Below, one piece after another: positions 50,270 through 63,858 of a DNA stretch of 64,000 bases; within the stretch, counting starts at the first letter, position 1, and each line of letters opens with the position of its first letter. The notes under the pieces were generated by a model that was given only the letters and a program-made list of their open reading frames with translations, had not been told where the DNA came from and searched no databases. The stretch lies in the NCBI GenBank assembly GCA_000320545.1, contig ADNK01003512.1, positions 1 through 64,000 of the forward strand, in the 5' to 3' direction. The position numbers and the translations under genes are program-made. Origin of the DNA: Bigelowiella natans CCMP2755 (lineage: Eukaryota; Protista; Cercozoa).

Positions 50270-50850
50270 TGTGCTTCGTCATATTTTCAACGATCGACGC
50301 ATGTGGAGGGACCCCACACATCTAGACATGCTAGCATGCATGTGTATTCACATTTTGCACACACGATGTTGCAAAGATGCTATGTGCAGGCTTCTAGACA
50401 TTGCCATGTACGTCATGCCATCATTGACCGTCACCATCTCTACCCACAGCATGCATGCACTGCACACATGCGATGCGATGAAAATGTGAAGCTCTAGAGC
50501 TAGACAACACGCACTAGCGCATGCTGTGTCAATGATGCTAGCAACACACAGGATCGATCATCATGCCATCAATTGCCGCATGCTGCTGGTGTCACAGTGC
50601 ATGCAAGGCGAACCGCGTTGCGATTGCTTGCAAGTTTCATTTTCTCGCAAGCACCATGTCAGCTAGCTAGCTATAGCACCATTTCGGTGCACCTGTGCGT
50701 GTGACTGCGATCGAGGATCACAGTGAGATGCACATCTAACGTGCAAACCGAGCTTGCTCTTGCAGGGTGAACACATGGGCCATGTGCTTCTTTTGTAGGC
50801 AACCTGTTGAACATGGGAACGTCCTCATGCATGACAATCGCACCATGCAC
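50270..50850. repeat. TpA-depleted TG/CA-rich tract
   Basis: TA survivors in 50490-50850 are CTAG/CTAT/ATAG/CTAA/GTAG only. Confidence 0.7.
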
Positions 50851-51530
50851 CCCTCATCCAATCACGCCATTCCAATCAGTCTTCACGCCGTTTCGATATA
50901 TCGAGGTTGGGTCACAGATTGAGTGTGTAGTGCCATTGTAATTTCCAGATTTAGTCGATGGACGCAACATCGATGCCAACCGGGTTGTGCTCCACCTCCC
51001 ACGATTTCCCTCGCCCCTCTCCCGTGCCCTGTGCAAACAGGGACGAGCCTGATTCTCCCGATCTTCCAGGTTTTCTCAGATTCCAGGTCTCATTCATCGT
51101 GTCTGAGGCCTTTCTGATTCCCAAGTCGACTCTAGGCCATCAACGAGAGCGAACACGAAGGATGCAGTGTGCTGTTTCCTGGCCCGGCATCTCGCCGAGA
51201 GCGGCCTCGTGGTCTCGTGGTCGAGGACGAAGGTTTCCGATTCGTGAGGTCCTGTGCATCACCGGCGCATCGGGAAGATTCACACCATCGAAGAACTTAT
51301 CCATCGATGATCCATTTCTCTTACGTTCCGCCATTCCTGCAAATCGTTGCAGGAGCTGAGAAGGGGGGCGCAATCACAATGCACTCGGGACGGACATCAT
51401 TGTTCTCAAGCAGTAGAGTGGCGCAAATATTTTTTTGAAGATAAAATTTCGGCACGACGCTGTGCTCGGAAAAGAAATGGCAGAAGGATAACATCTGCCG
51501 ACAGATATTTTGCACAACGATAAACTAACC

Positions 51531-52481
51531 ATGGGTGCCCAGTTGTCGAAACAATTCATGCCAGACTCTCCTAAGGACGTCTGCAAGAATCTTATTCCAC
51601 TAGGATTCCTTCATTCATTTGCTGTGACGCTTTTGATCCCCCAGTTTCGCAGAGGGATCTGTGATGTCTTCAGCAAAGGAATCCTTGACACTGGGGGTTT
51701 TACCTACAGTGGAACGAGCGTGGACCTGCATGGTTTCAAAGTGGACAACTGGGCTGCGTTTGGAGCCGCGCAGTTTTTCATCATTGGACTGCAACATAGT
51801 ATTATTGGCAGCAACATTGGAGACTGGGGAAATGGATCGGATCATCTTGATAAATTCGCATGTGATATCATGATGTGCGGTAACCTCTTCATGAGCTTTG
51901 TATGTCCAATGAATTTCTACTGGATTTACACAGTTGCGAGCTTCGGGCTAAGATATGCCAAAAGTAGAACGTCAACTAAGGAGGAGAATAAAGATGGTAA
52001 GGACGAGAGTAAATCTTTGTCGTCAGATCGTCAGAAAGGATATGGCCTAGTTGATGTTTTGGGTACAGTCTTCAAAACCACAGCCATTGCACAGTGCATG
52101 TCAGTATTCGTCCTACCATGCTTCCGGGATCCTCTTACGGAGATATTTATGAATGGTGTGTGGAACACGTCTGAGGTTCATGGAATGGCTGCGATTTTTT
52201 CCAAATCCTCCGAAATCGGTCCTAAATTCGGTGCTCTGCACTACTTTTTCAACGGTGCGTTAAATTATGTCATAGGATGCACGGTGCTATGTTGGGCGAA
52301 TAAATCAGAGGCATTAGATAAATCTGCAGCAGTGGTTGCCGGAGGAGGTAGTCTTTTATTAGCGATGGCACTCCCAAGCAGTGGATACTTTGGAGGTGTT
52401 CCACTTGGGATCAACATGTGGAAGAAGTTGAGGAGAACTAGTGGGAAAGACGTTGAGAAGGATTCAAAAAAGACGAAATAA
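51531..52481 (+). CDS. Intronless membrane protein of unknown function with two internal repeats and an N-myristoylation motif
   Basis: 316-aa ORF from ATG 51531 (MGAQLS). Two hydrophobic halves are joined by a charged linker. Confidence 0.8.
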   Translation: MGAQLSKQFMPDSPKDVCKNLIPLGFLHSFAVTLLIPQFRRGICDVFSKGILDTGGFTYSGTSVDLHGFKVDNWAAFGAAQFFIIGLQHSIIGSNIGDWGNGSDHLDKFACDIMMCGNLFMSFVCPMNFYWIYTVASFGLRYAKSRTSTKEENKDGKDESKSLSSDRQKGYGLVDVLGTVFKTTAIAQCMSVFVLPCFRDPLTEIFMNGVWNTSEVHGMAAIFSKSSEIGPKFGALHYFFNGALNYVIGCTVLCWANKSEALDKSAAVVAGGGSLLLAMALPSSGYFGGVPLGINMWKKLRRTSGKDVEKDSKKTK

Positions 52482-53448
52482 GAAAACACGTAGTAGTAGA
52501 CTGTGATGATGCCCTGCTATAGTTACGCGCGTCATCTAGTTGACGTGTACGGGCACCTCTTTATTAAAAAGCAGAAAGAGCACACACAGGACTAGGAGAC
52601 AATGGCGACCACCTCTTCACTTACAACAAAGAGACAGCACACATTACAGGCCTAGTAGGCGCAAGCACACAGTAGCTGAAAATGTGCATGTATTTATGCT
52701 AGACACAAACATGCGAATTTTTCTTGAATAAGACTATGAGACGGATCCAATGACAAATTTCAATTTTGTTCTTGATGAAGACAATGCAGCCTATCATCTC
52801 CGCATGCGCTGCTCTCAGCACTAACGTAACGAACTATAGCCGCCTGGGCGGGCGATGTCTCGACTGCAGCCCACATCATGGTGCATGTGCCCTCGTTGTC
52901 CCCCCACGCACGTACGCTAGATAAAGATCGTAGATAGATAAACACGACGAAAGCGTTGTTTAGCGCCAGCTTGCTTGCAGCTGCCTCCCAACTCTAGAAC
53001 TAGCTAGACATGCATGCGCGTGCAAACGTGCCGGTGTTTCGTAATCGACAGCTAGCCGAGCAGTGGTCTCGCTAGCAGCTCGCGGCAAAGCTGCGCGCTG
53101 GCGCTCGGCCTGTCATAGTAACCTGATAAGTGCGATGCTGCGTTGTGCGTTGCGTTTGACCAAGATGAATTTATTACTGCTGCAACATTCCCCAACACGA
53201 GTGCACAAGCAGAACTTCGTAAAATCATCGTTTTTTGCACTCAACTTTGTCTTTACTAGTGCATGATGCCATGCACCCTCACGCCTTATAATTAAAGCTT
53301 CTATTGCCTCTTCTGTGATTTCACTTACCGCACTACTATTCTTTCTCCAGGACTATATCGCATTGACGCAGCATCTTTTTTTACTTGAAGATGGACTGTC
53401 GCCATCTTCCCCGCTATCTTGCCTCGTCGTACTTGTTCCATCTAGCTC

Positions 53449-54432
53449 TCACCTCCAGCCGGATGATCCTCCTCCTTGCTTTGGTCTGTAGGGAGATACG
53501 TCTGCTCCTATCTTGGCAATGCCGCAAGTGTCACAGATACCCCCTTGAGAGCCATACGTGGAGAAGCAGTAAGGGCACCGGTAGACCTTTGCATCTTTAT
53601 CTATCGGTGTGAGCGTCTTGAGGTCGAGAATCAACGCTTCACCCTCTCGGTAATCGACTTTGACAGCATCCGTATTGAGACCCTCTGTCTTCTTGAGCAG
53701 TGCACGAATTTGTGCTGGCTTGACGACCTTGGACAGCTGTGCCTTGTCCCCTGACACGTAGAGCTCCAGGATACGCCGACAGAACGCCGCAGTGGCTTTG
53801 TAGTTCTTCAGCTTAAATGCGATCTTCACTGCGTTGAGTAACGCCCGCACTTGGTGCATAGGCTGCATCTTTTGCCTCGAGAAGTAGGCAGCAAGAGCAG
53901 ACTCCTTTGCAGGCTCCTTGGTTTCGCGCCTTTTAGCCTCGATTCGGAGCCCCGTAATGTATCTTTTGATGTGTTGCAGAAGCAAGTGACGACCAACAAA
54001 TACAATCAGTTAGAAGAAGAAGAAGAAGAAGAAGAAGAAGAAGAAGATGGAGAGAAGAAAAAAAAGAAGACAAATGCGTCAAAGTGGCAGCAGCAAGTGT
54101 CACGAGTGATATTTCACAATTATTTTGTCATCACGCACACACACCACACGAAATGTATATGATGATGATGATGTACCATCATCTCCAAGTGGTTGGTGTG
54201 ATCATATTCTGTTGTTATTCTAGCACCAACTAACTCAACTTACTCGCGACATATGCCTTTAAGATCCACGAGTTTCTTCTCGTCGTCGGTTGTAGCGACC
54301 TCTAGGACAGGAATAGTGGAAAGGATGGACCTAAACGTCTCCAGGGCTTTCGGGAAGTTACCTGAACAATAATAATACCGATAATAATCATAATAATCAG
54401 TACCATCATCATAATCATCGTACAGTCTCTCC

Positions 54433-54478
<46 letters not shown>

Positions 54479-54843
54479 ACTAGCAAGAGAAGAGATCTGC
54501 ACTAATCCATCATTACATTACATTACCTGAGGAAACAAATCGGTAGGCTTGCTGTAACATATCCACGCAATGCGGCATCGAGAAGCAGAGTCGTGGGAGG
54601 CCCAATGGTGTCTCATTGGAGTCCATTCGTTGCAGAGGGACAGAAACGGAGGGAATGCCGTACATCATCGGTAGCGATGCATGCGCCATGTTGTTCACAT
54701 TCATTAACTTCGACTCCAATGACTGATTAGAACGGTGATGATGGTGATTAGGAGAAGGAGACAAAGGGGAGGGGGATAACAAAGATGCCTCATGCGAACA
54801 GTGAAACTTCAATTAATTACTGTAGTATTGCGGAGTAATATCA

Positions 54844-54879
<36 letters not shown>

Positions 54880-55182
54880 GTATGTATATATATAATATTG
54901 CTACACTCACATACATTTATTCATTGTGACACCGATGACAACAAGCCAGTAACAACATTATTGGTGGCTTTAGTGCAGAAGGTGATCATGTTGGAAGGTT
55001 GTGATGATGACGATGATGATCTTGCAATGACCTTAAAGTTAACAGCGCCTATTTGTCTATTAAGTGAGTGTAATGCCATATCAAACTGCCCGGCTGCAGC
55101 AAGATCTAATAATATTTATGATGATGATGAACTCTGAGAATACAAATAGATCTCTATAATGTCATCAGAAGGTGGCATGTTT

Positions 55183-55223
<41 letters not shown>

Positions 55224-55697
55224 TTCCTCTCCTCTACCACTGATAACTGCTACCACAACTAATAACTAATTACTACTACTACTACTACTACTACTAGTAG
55301 TAGTAGTAGTACTAATAGCACCAACCTCCAGCTAGGTTGGAGCTCTCTGACCACTTGGTCTCCCAGCTCTTGCCAGGCGACGGATATACGAAGAAGTTGT
55401 CATCGTCATCTCCTTCCTCTCCCTTTCCTTCCTCAACCCCCATTCCATTATCGTTAGTCTCGTCATCAAGCCCAAGATCTCCAAGACCGAAGTCATCTCC
55501 ATCCCCTCCCCATCCGTCTCCGCCTCCTGCACTGGGAGTATCAGCCCCTGCCTTCTTCTTCTTCTCTTTCTCCTCGGAGAGCCATCCGCCTAAATCACCC
55601 ATCCCGCCGTTTTTCATGTCATCGTCGTTTTCGAGTATATCGTCGCCCTCTTCGTCATCGTATGGGTCCTACACAAAACGGTGAACAACAGCAAAGC

Positions 55698-55738
<41 letters not shown>

Positions 55739-57081
55739 TTGTTCCGAACATCATCGCCATCATCATCATCGTCGTTGTCGTTATCACCAAAATATCATCA
55801 TATAGAAGTTGATAACAATGTGGTTAATAGTAATAAGTTAGTGCACACCACCTTCTCCTCAGGATCAGGGGCATTGAGATCTATCTTGGAGATGTCAATT
55901 CCGTCGAAGTAACCCGAAGAAACCTCCACGAGCGGCCAATTGTAGTCTTGCTTCTTCTGCGCACGGATAATGGGGACAGGAGGCTTAAGCAGCTTGGCTG
56001 TACTGATGTTCGGTATGCTGTTCAAATCAGGCGTTTTCTCTTTAAGTTCTTTTGCCAGAGTCTCTGCAACCCCCTGGAGACCATGGACGGCAGCTGTGAC
56101 GTAGGCTAGCCGCAACATACCAGCTTTCTTCAGGCAATCAACTCGTGATTCCACGTCTCCGAGGTACAGGGTGTTGTGGAATTGACTGACAACGGCGTTC
56201 TTGTCCTTCCTAAACTGAGAAGCAATGTCAAGCATCTTTTTGAGGTTGGTTGTGTTGCCTGTGATCGTGTAGAGAAATGATAGTCGGTCGAAGTTTGAGG
56301 TCTTCATATAAGCCTCCTCGACGATGTGGCAAACGCCTTGTCGTAGGGCCTCCACGCCAAGTTGCTCCCAACACGCTTTACCGCTCTTTGGGTCAGTCTT
56401 CTCGAGTTTCTCGGCGCTCTCTTTCGCTGATGCGATGTTCCCGCACTGGAGGGCGAGCTGAAACTTAATTTTCTCGTCCTTGACAAAATGCAGTGCTACT
56501 TCGGGAAAGCCCTTCTTCTGCAAATACGCAATGATGGACTTTCCAACAAGCTTTCCGGATCGCATGATGCGTACAACTGTCTTATATTTGCACTTGGTCA
56601 CCGCAACCTTGTACACGTACCTGATGATGGACGATAGATAGATAGACAACGGCATCAACATGTATGTTACTCTCTTCTCTCAATTCACCACCACTGCCAC
56701 TGCTACCATCCTACTACTAATTTGATGGAATCATCACTACTCACTCTGTGGGGTCGATCTTGGCCACGCCGCACTTCTTCTCGCGATTGAGGAAGTGCAG
56801 TTCTTGTGAGTTCGGTGAGATCTGGCAGATATACACAGGGTCCTCGATGGTGCGGATGATGCCCTTATCGCCATTTGGCAGCAGATACTTGATGTGAGTT
56901 GCCGTGTTATAGACGAAGGTCTCATCATCCCATGCACCGCTTTTGATACGACTATTCTCGAATGTGAAACAGCACTCGTCGAGGTTAGCTTTGGCGATGT
57001 GGATGTTTGACTTGGAGAACATGGCAACGAACTTGTGCTTCGCGGACCAAACCACGTATTTAATCGGGTGACGGCTGCAGA

Positions 57082-57114
<33 letters not shown>

Positions 57115-59544
57115 CGAAAACACACGTCAGATCTCTCTACTATGCTTTATTGATGTTAAAGATGATGAGGGAGAGTAGTGGAGTTTATCTATCAAGGAAG
57201 ATTGTTTCCACCCTTGTTATGTTCATTGGTGAGATCAATCGTTATATTGTAATATTGTATTGTCTTGACTATTGGTTCCCTGAATTTTCTTCTTCTTTCT
57301 CTATTGTATCAGATCGTATCGTATCGTATCGTATCGTACGGACTTATTATCAAGAGGACGATAAGTACACAAACGCCAACTACTACTGTTACTACTACCT
57401 TTGGATTCTGAGCTCACCAACAATCTTTGTCGCCTGGATGTCATAGAGCACCATTGCGTCACTTGTTCGTAGCAAAATCCTCCCGAGTCCGGCAGGAAAG
57501 ATTTGGTTCACCACAAGGCCTGGAATAGTTATCTTCTTCTTGACCTCATTCTTGAGGTCACGCTGCCAGATCTGTCGATTTTTGTCCAGCACAGCAAAGC
57601 GGTTACGTGATACGAAAGCAGCACTTTTCGCAAAGCCTTTGTAAGTGCTCTGGCGAGAGAAATCAACGCCGCCACGCTTCTTATCGCTGACATGCAGCTC
57701 GTAGGTCCCCATAGGATCGAAGAGCAGGAGCACGCAGTGTTGCTGCCGATTTGAATAGTTATACAAAAGCGTGCGTGGCTTTTCGTTGATGCGGGAAGAG
57801 CGACGGAAAACCTGCGCGGAGCTCTCGTTTAACGATTTAGTTCGGAAGCTGTGCTCGATGACGTAGTTGTCATTGAAGTAGTACATGCGCTTGTGGGAAG
57901 GGCTGCAATCGTAGGCTGGGCGCTCACGCTCGAGCTTGAAGACCACCATTCCCTGGTCATGGCCAGCGCCGATGAGATTGAGGGTGGGGTGTACGGCGAG
58001 AATCCAGTAGCGATCGTTCTCCCGGCGTAAAACCTGCGGTGCGGATTCCTTATTCATGTCCCAAACACGGATAGACTTGTCCTCTGAGTTGGAGATGATG
58101 AGGTCCTTCTTAGGGTGGAAGAGCACGCAGGACACGTTATTTATGTGCCCACGCATAGTGTCGACCTCCCAGGCCTTGTCATCGTTCATTCGCCAGAGCT
58201 TTACCTCACGATCGTCGGCTGCTGTTGCTATATACGGCATGGAGGGGTGGAAGCTTGCCCAGTTAACACCGCGACTATGGCCTTCTAGGACGTGCTTCAC
58301 ACCGACATCCGAAACGCCGAACATATCGTTGCCCACTCCCGAGTCGGTGGGAGTCATTGGAGATACGGTTTTCTTCCGTAATCCAGAAATATCCCACACA
58401 CGAGCGGTCTGGTCGAGTGAGGCCGATAGCACCAGGTCCTTTGATGATGATAATAATAATAATAACAACAATAATAATAGGATGATGATGATTAATGATA
58501 GGTATTTGTTAGATTTAAAAAATCGAAGGAAGGAGCTTTGACCGACATGTTGGAAGAGTAGTATTAAATATCAAGAAGATACCCCCATCAATGTAAGACA
58601 CGCCCAATCCCACTACTCATTCAGGAGAGAAACACGCAAGCCAAATCCATGCACAATGTTTCTACTGACAGCGATGGCATGTAGGAGGAAAAAGGAGAGA
58701 TGGTTGATACACTCTTCCCATTCTCCTAATTTCATCCTCCTCATCAGCACATGCGCAAACGATGCTGCCATCATTATTCTCGAATGGAATTCAAAACTGT
58801 GGAAATCTCCCCCAGGGACATTGTTACCTTGGAAGGGTGAAATTGTGCGCTCATGACGTAGTGGTTGTGGCCAGTGAGAACAATGAGACAGGAGCGACTT
58901 TGCCAGTTCCACATACGGATGGTCTGATCGTCCGAAGCGCTAAGAATCCAGGGGTAGTTGTGGTGAAACTGAACCGTACGGATGTAGTCCAGGTGGCCGT
59001 TCAATGTGAACAGACACCGCTTTAACTGGTAGTTCCAGACTTTGATCTTGTAATCATCGCCTCCAGAAACAAATAGGGGGCGCGAGGAATGGAAATCTAC
59101 ACCGCGGACCGGACCTGCATGGGTAGAAAAGGAGGAGGAGGAGGAGGAGGAGGAGGAGGAGGTGTCTATCATACGTGAATTTTCGTGTGCATATGCCAAC
59201 AAAATGTCCTCGCATCAATGCAGGGTAGAAAAACTATCCCGTTAGCTTAAATATTGCTTTGCAATCAATGTTTGGTTATGTAAACAAATAACTCCACTCG
59301 TTATCCTACTGATTTTTTCATAACGCGACATGAATCTGACCCTGCGCCACCCTGCATCTTATTATGATTTCGTATCTAGCATGCTACTACCTTCGTGCTC
59401 ACAAAACTCATCGATTTTAGTGTCCATGCGATAATCCCAGAGTTCGATGACGCCATTGTGAAGGGATGCAAGAACCCAAGGTCTTCGTGGATGGAAAGCC
59501 AGACCCTTGACGCGGTGGCTCTTGTTCTCGAACTTCACCAGCAT
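53449..59544 (-). CDS. COPA: Coatomer subunit alpha (alpha-COP), multi-exon
   Basis: [42 protein letters not shown]40 repeats ([34 protein letters not shown]), [20 protein letters not shown] and a C-terminal CPYC..CDTC motif. Confidence 0.97.
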
Positions 59545-60538
59545 GCTACTCTACCTCACCGACAATACTACCTTAGTATTTTGGTCCTTCACGTACGGTA
59601 CAATATATTCAGGAATCAGTGGTTTTGGGTAGGAAGAAGGGGGGGGGCACAGGCCGGCGCGCAATAACACCCAATTTTAAGAGATATTTTAAATCAAAAA
59701 AACTATCGATGAAGAGGAAAATAGATTAAATAATATATTTACGACAAGGATAATAATGGAAAATGTGCCTACAATGATAAGGAATCCTCCCACCGTGATG
59801 GACGACGATTGGCACTTCTAGATGTGAAAATGTCGATGACGATTGCAGCAGTGAGTAAGATTTAAAATTTTGACATGCGACAACAAAAAACAATCATAAA
59901 TACAGGACTTTTTTTGCTTTGACCTGTTTGTTTTCTCGGAGATGCAAATTATGACGCCACATTCGTTTTGGTAATATCCTGTGTGAACATCATAGGCTAT
60001 TGCGCCGATGACGATGAATGAGGATAAACAAGACAAGCTCGGTTTCTTATCCTAAATTATGTTCGGTGGAATATGCTCTAGCTTTTTGTTTTGTTCTTCA
60101 CTAAACATGAGTCGAGCTGGACGGGTGTTTTTTGTCAACAAGCAAGTATGCGCTTGTCCATCACGTAGCTTTTTGTTTCGCAAACGCTGAAATAAACGTG
60201 AGAAAGTGTCCGTGATCACAACGAAAATCGCTGGTGCCGGGGAATCCAATGCAACAAAAATTATGCCAGGAATATCCAAAATAAATGAAGAATAATGGGT
60301 ATCAAAAATGATTCAGAGAAAATATTCCTATTTTTGATGATGTTTCCATTATTTTGATAATATTTTATCGATAATATATTGTAATCCAAATAGATTGTAT
60401 CGATGCGCTGAGATATTATTACTCTTAGGGAATAGTTGATGATTAAGGATAGGAACGAAAAATTTATGTCGCAGTATTAAAATGTAATACATTTTCAGTT
60501 TAAGTGTTGTTTGGCTGCGGTGATACTCAGATTTGAGA

Positions 60539-61395
60539 ATGAAGGTTCCACTGAGGGATTCTTGTGGGGATGAGGGAGGGGGAACCCAGGATGAAATATC
60601 AATCAGCTTCAACTAGAATCAATAGATGCCTCCTAATGTTAGCTTTGGATTTTCAATCTTAATGTGATTGAACATGAACGTCTAACAGAATTTCCTGTTA
60701 AATTTAGTTTCGTTTCTATGGAGGAATTGATGTTCCGGAATGGTTCTTTGCGGAGACCGCTGTCTTAGCGAAGATGTCGTCCGTGCGGATTAAGCTTATT
60801 TGTCGCCAAATTCTCCTTAAGCTCACAGGGAAGGGACTTAACCTTGAGAAACTGGACAAGCTCACGACCAGTAAGCGGTTGAACTTTACACGGAGTGACA
60901 CCAAGGCAATAATTGCAGGGCTTGAGTTTATCCTAGGAAATGCAGCAAAGCATGACGTGGATCAAAATGTGCTGCAGGAGGAATTGATGCAGCTAGGACT
61001 TCCTCAGGTTTGCAACATGATCTCCTATCTATGAACATGTCGCCAGATACTTCGTCTACTTGAGCCCGAAGATAACTTGATGCACATATTGCTAGGATAC
61101 TTGTGTCGCGATCTGCAAAGGATATGGAGAGAAAAAGGACGAAATGAGAGATTACTTTCGAAAGGAAAGTCTGAAATTACCTCAACTGAAGAATTGCGAA
61201 TGGAGAGTCGATTATTTAATAAGTTCTTCAGACGTGAAGACCCTCCGAAAACCCTCCGTCCGGTTGAACCTACATTTAGGCTCATCCGGAGGAGACCAGG
61301 ACAATGAAGAAATGGCTTTCGAAGTAACACCGGAGAAATTAAGAGTCTTAATAAATGAACTTAAAATAGCGCGGGATCTGATGAAAGATTTATAA
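60539..61395 (+). CDS. COMMD4: COMM domain-containing protein 4, 3 exons
   Basis: MK|FRFYGGIDVPEWFFAETAVLAKMSSVRIKL..AAKHDVD..ELMQLGLPQ|..WRVDYLISSS closely parallels COMMD4. The 6-nt first exon (ATGAAG|GT at 60539) is inferred. Confidence 0.9.
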
Positions 61396-61469
61396 GCAAC
61401 ACACATATATGAATTATGATCTCACGTGGAAGTAATACGTATAGTAATATATTGAATCCACTTAATTCT

Positions 61470-62820
61470 GTAATGTGTACCATGTATCGTACATGCAATA
61501 CTCACACAAACGAGCGCTGTTCAACGCATTGTTCAAGTGAGTTCCCATGGCAAACGATGCACGACACCCGCACAGCGCTAGCATGATGCAGCTGCATGAC
61601 GCAATGATTGTTAGCAAGTGAATCGTCACTGATGCACACGATCGCCCACACTTTACACAGTCCGTCCATTGTGAACTTTCTCCTGCACTAATCAGTTCAC
61701 AGCTTGTGCTACTGTGCCACCACATTTGCCGCATGAAACAAATCAACACGCTAGCTGCAACGATTGGTCATCGTCATGGTGGTGATGATGGGTTGGCTGG
61801 TGGGCAGGCTAGCAGGGCTAGAGTGGCTTGCATTGATTGTGCGTCTGACAACAGCTGCAAGTTCAACTTCAGACACTGCACGTGTCTGGGTGTGATGTTG
61901 TTGCATCTAATCTGTCTCCACCATGCTGGCATGTGGCCAGGTCAAGAGGGACTTGCATGACCTGCTCACTCCAGTGGTGATCATTGTCGATCGATGCTTC
62001 AATGTCACAGCAACAGCTCTGGAGCTAGACAGGCCCTGCTTCACAATCAATGCTAGAAGGAACAAACAGAAGCGCCACGTGCATGTGCCTCAGCTCCAGT
62101 GCTCCAGCACTGCATCCCAGTGTCATTGGGCGGTAGACGCCGTGACGCTGTGCGCACGTCGCACGTCCAGACGTGGCACTGAGACGATGACACGATGATG
62201 TTGATCTGGTGATCGCATCCTCACTGTCTTCGCCAGAAAAACGTGACAGTGCGGTGTTGTTCTGTGAGTTCGCTGTCACGCCATCATTGTCAGACGCACA
62301 ATGAAACCATCAAGCCAACCAATGCGCATGTGATCATGCTTGGTGTGCTGTGTCTGGTGTGCACCAGTGTGGACTAGTGGACACTGAGCATGTTGAGAGT
62401 CCACATGCCTCCATGCGTGCAATTTGCTTCGACTAGCACTTGGCAAGAGCAGGCTGACAGGTTCAATTTTGAAATTCATCACTTCAATGCAATGCAATGC
62501 AATGCCATGTGATCGACTGCATGCACGCACAAATGGATGGCACGGTCTAGTGGTGGTCAGCGGAATGCAATGATGCGAACATACGAAATGAATGGACGCA
62601 CATGCACATCATGTGCAGAACATCTTGTCATGACATGAGCACAGCTAGCTAGATGACAAGCGGCTGATCTCGAAGCATGTTGTGCGGTGCGATTTGCAGA
62701 GCTAAATGAAAGATGTCCAGCAGTTCACAAGTGCAAAAGGCAATGAAGGTCACGGTGTCTGTGATCAGATGTTCTACAGCGAAGTGAAAATTGAACTAAG
62801 CATGTTTTGAGAACTCGTTC
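61470..62820. repeat. TpA-depleted TG/CA-rich tract between convergent genes
   Basis: Nearly all remaining TA sites are in CTAG/CTA/TAG contexts. Confidence 0.75.
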
Positions 62821-62844
62821 TCGTTGCTTCGATTCGCTTTTCAG

Positions 62845-63858
62845 TCACACTGTTTCCATGGCTGCACATTTCAGCAATTCTTTCAACCAGCTAGCCAGGG
62901 ATGTGGGCAATGGCACCGCAGAATAGTATTGAAGTAAGGCAACCGCAATGATTGGCCCCCACAAGATGGCATCATCCCACGCATGGTAGTCTGACTTTGC
63001 TTGACTTTCATGTTTCTTCGAGAAACTTCCTCCTTCATCTAATTCATCGAGAAACCACAAAATGAGACCGTACACAAGAACCGTTGCGATGGTGGGGGAC
63101 ACAACAATTAAGAAGTAGAGTCGCCTCAAAGTTTTCCCAAATTGCAGAGCTCGTCTACTCTTAGTTGATCTGAAACTAAAATTCTTTTTCGGTTTCTCAT
63201 TCAAGTAGGACTTGCTGGAATTCGTCGTAACATAAGATGCCATTTCAGTATGACGAGATTTCGTGGAACCTGTTCCCATCGTGGGACAAGACTTGGATGC
63301 AGTTGTAGCACAAGACGGTCTATCACTACATCGAGTTTTATGTGATGCAGTTGTGACATGTGACGGGGCATCGATTGAACTTCTCTTCATCTGTGAAGAT
63401 GATTGCTGTTGGAGCATGCTCTCTACACGAATACCGCCAACTCGAACTTTCTCCATTTCCTGGATTTCGAGAGTTTTTTTCTCCAAAATGTCTGTAACGT
63501 TCTCCATTGGATTCTCATTTTCTCCTCTGACAATTGTGTCCTTGTCATGTTTCTGTTGATTGTATCGCTTACTCGTCGATTTCCAATTGCTCTTCATTTC
63601 TTGAATTTCAAGACTTTTCCTTTCGAAAGCCTCAACACTTTTTCTCCCAGAGTAATTGCCACTTTTTCGATTTGTACTAGAGTCTTTAGGAATATTTTGT
63701 TGACTAGGAAGCTCTAGACGTGTTGCTATCTGTTTGTTTGTCAATTTCAAAGCTGAGATTAACTTCAGGAGAGATATTTCGAAGACCAAACATCCCGCTG
63801 CGATCACCAACGCGATTATTAGAACCCGTATTGAATTTAGCCACAATCTATCAGTCAC
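62845..63858 (-). CDS. Membrane protein, 3' portion (TM, long Ser/Lys-rich loop, two TMs; 7TM/GPCR-like topology); 5' part probably outside the window
   Basis: 337-codon open frame with three hydrophobic segments flanking a long hydrophilic loop. Confidence 0.65.
   Translation of the reverse strand: MTDRLWLNSIRVLIIALVIAAGCLVFEISLLKLISALKLTNKQIATRLELPSQQNIPKDSSTNRKSGNYSGRKSVEAFERKSLEIQEMKSNWKSTSKRYNQQKHDKDTIVRGENENPMENVTDILEKKTLEIQEMEKVRVGGIRVESMLQQQSSSQMKRSSIDAPSHVTTASHKTRCSDRPSCATTASKSCPTMGTGSTKSRHTEMASYVTTNSSKSYLNEKPKKNFSFRSTKSRRALQFGKTLRRLYFLIVVSPTIATVLVYGLILWFLDELDEGGSFSKKHESQAKSDYHAWDDAILWGPIIAVALLQYYSAVPLPTSLASWLKELLKCAAMETV

Noticed and set aside
50854-51373. GC-richer minus-strand coding-like stretch, possibly a retroelement 5' fragment
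   Set aside because: In-frame stops and no gag, endonuclease or RT motif, so it cannot be assigned.
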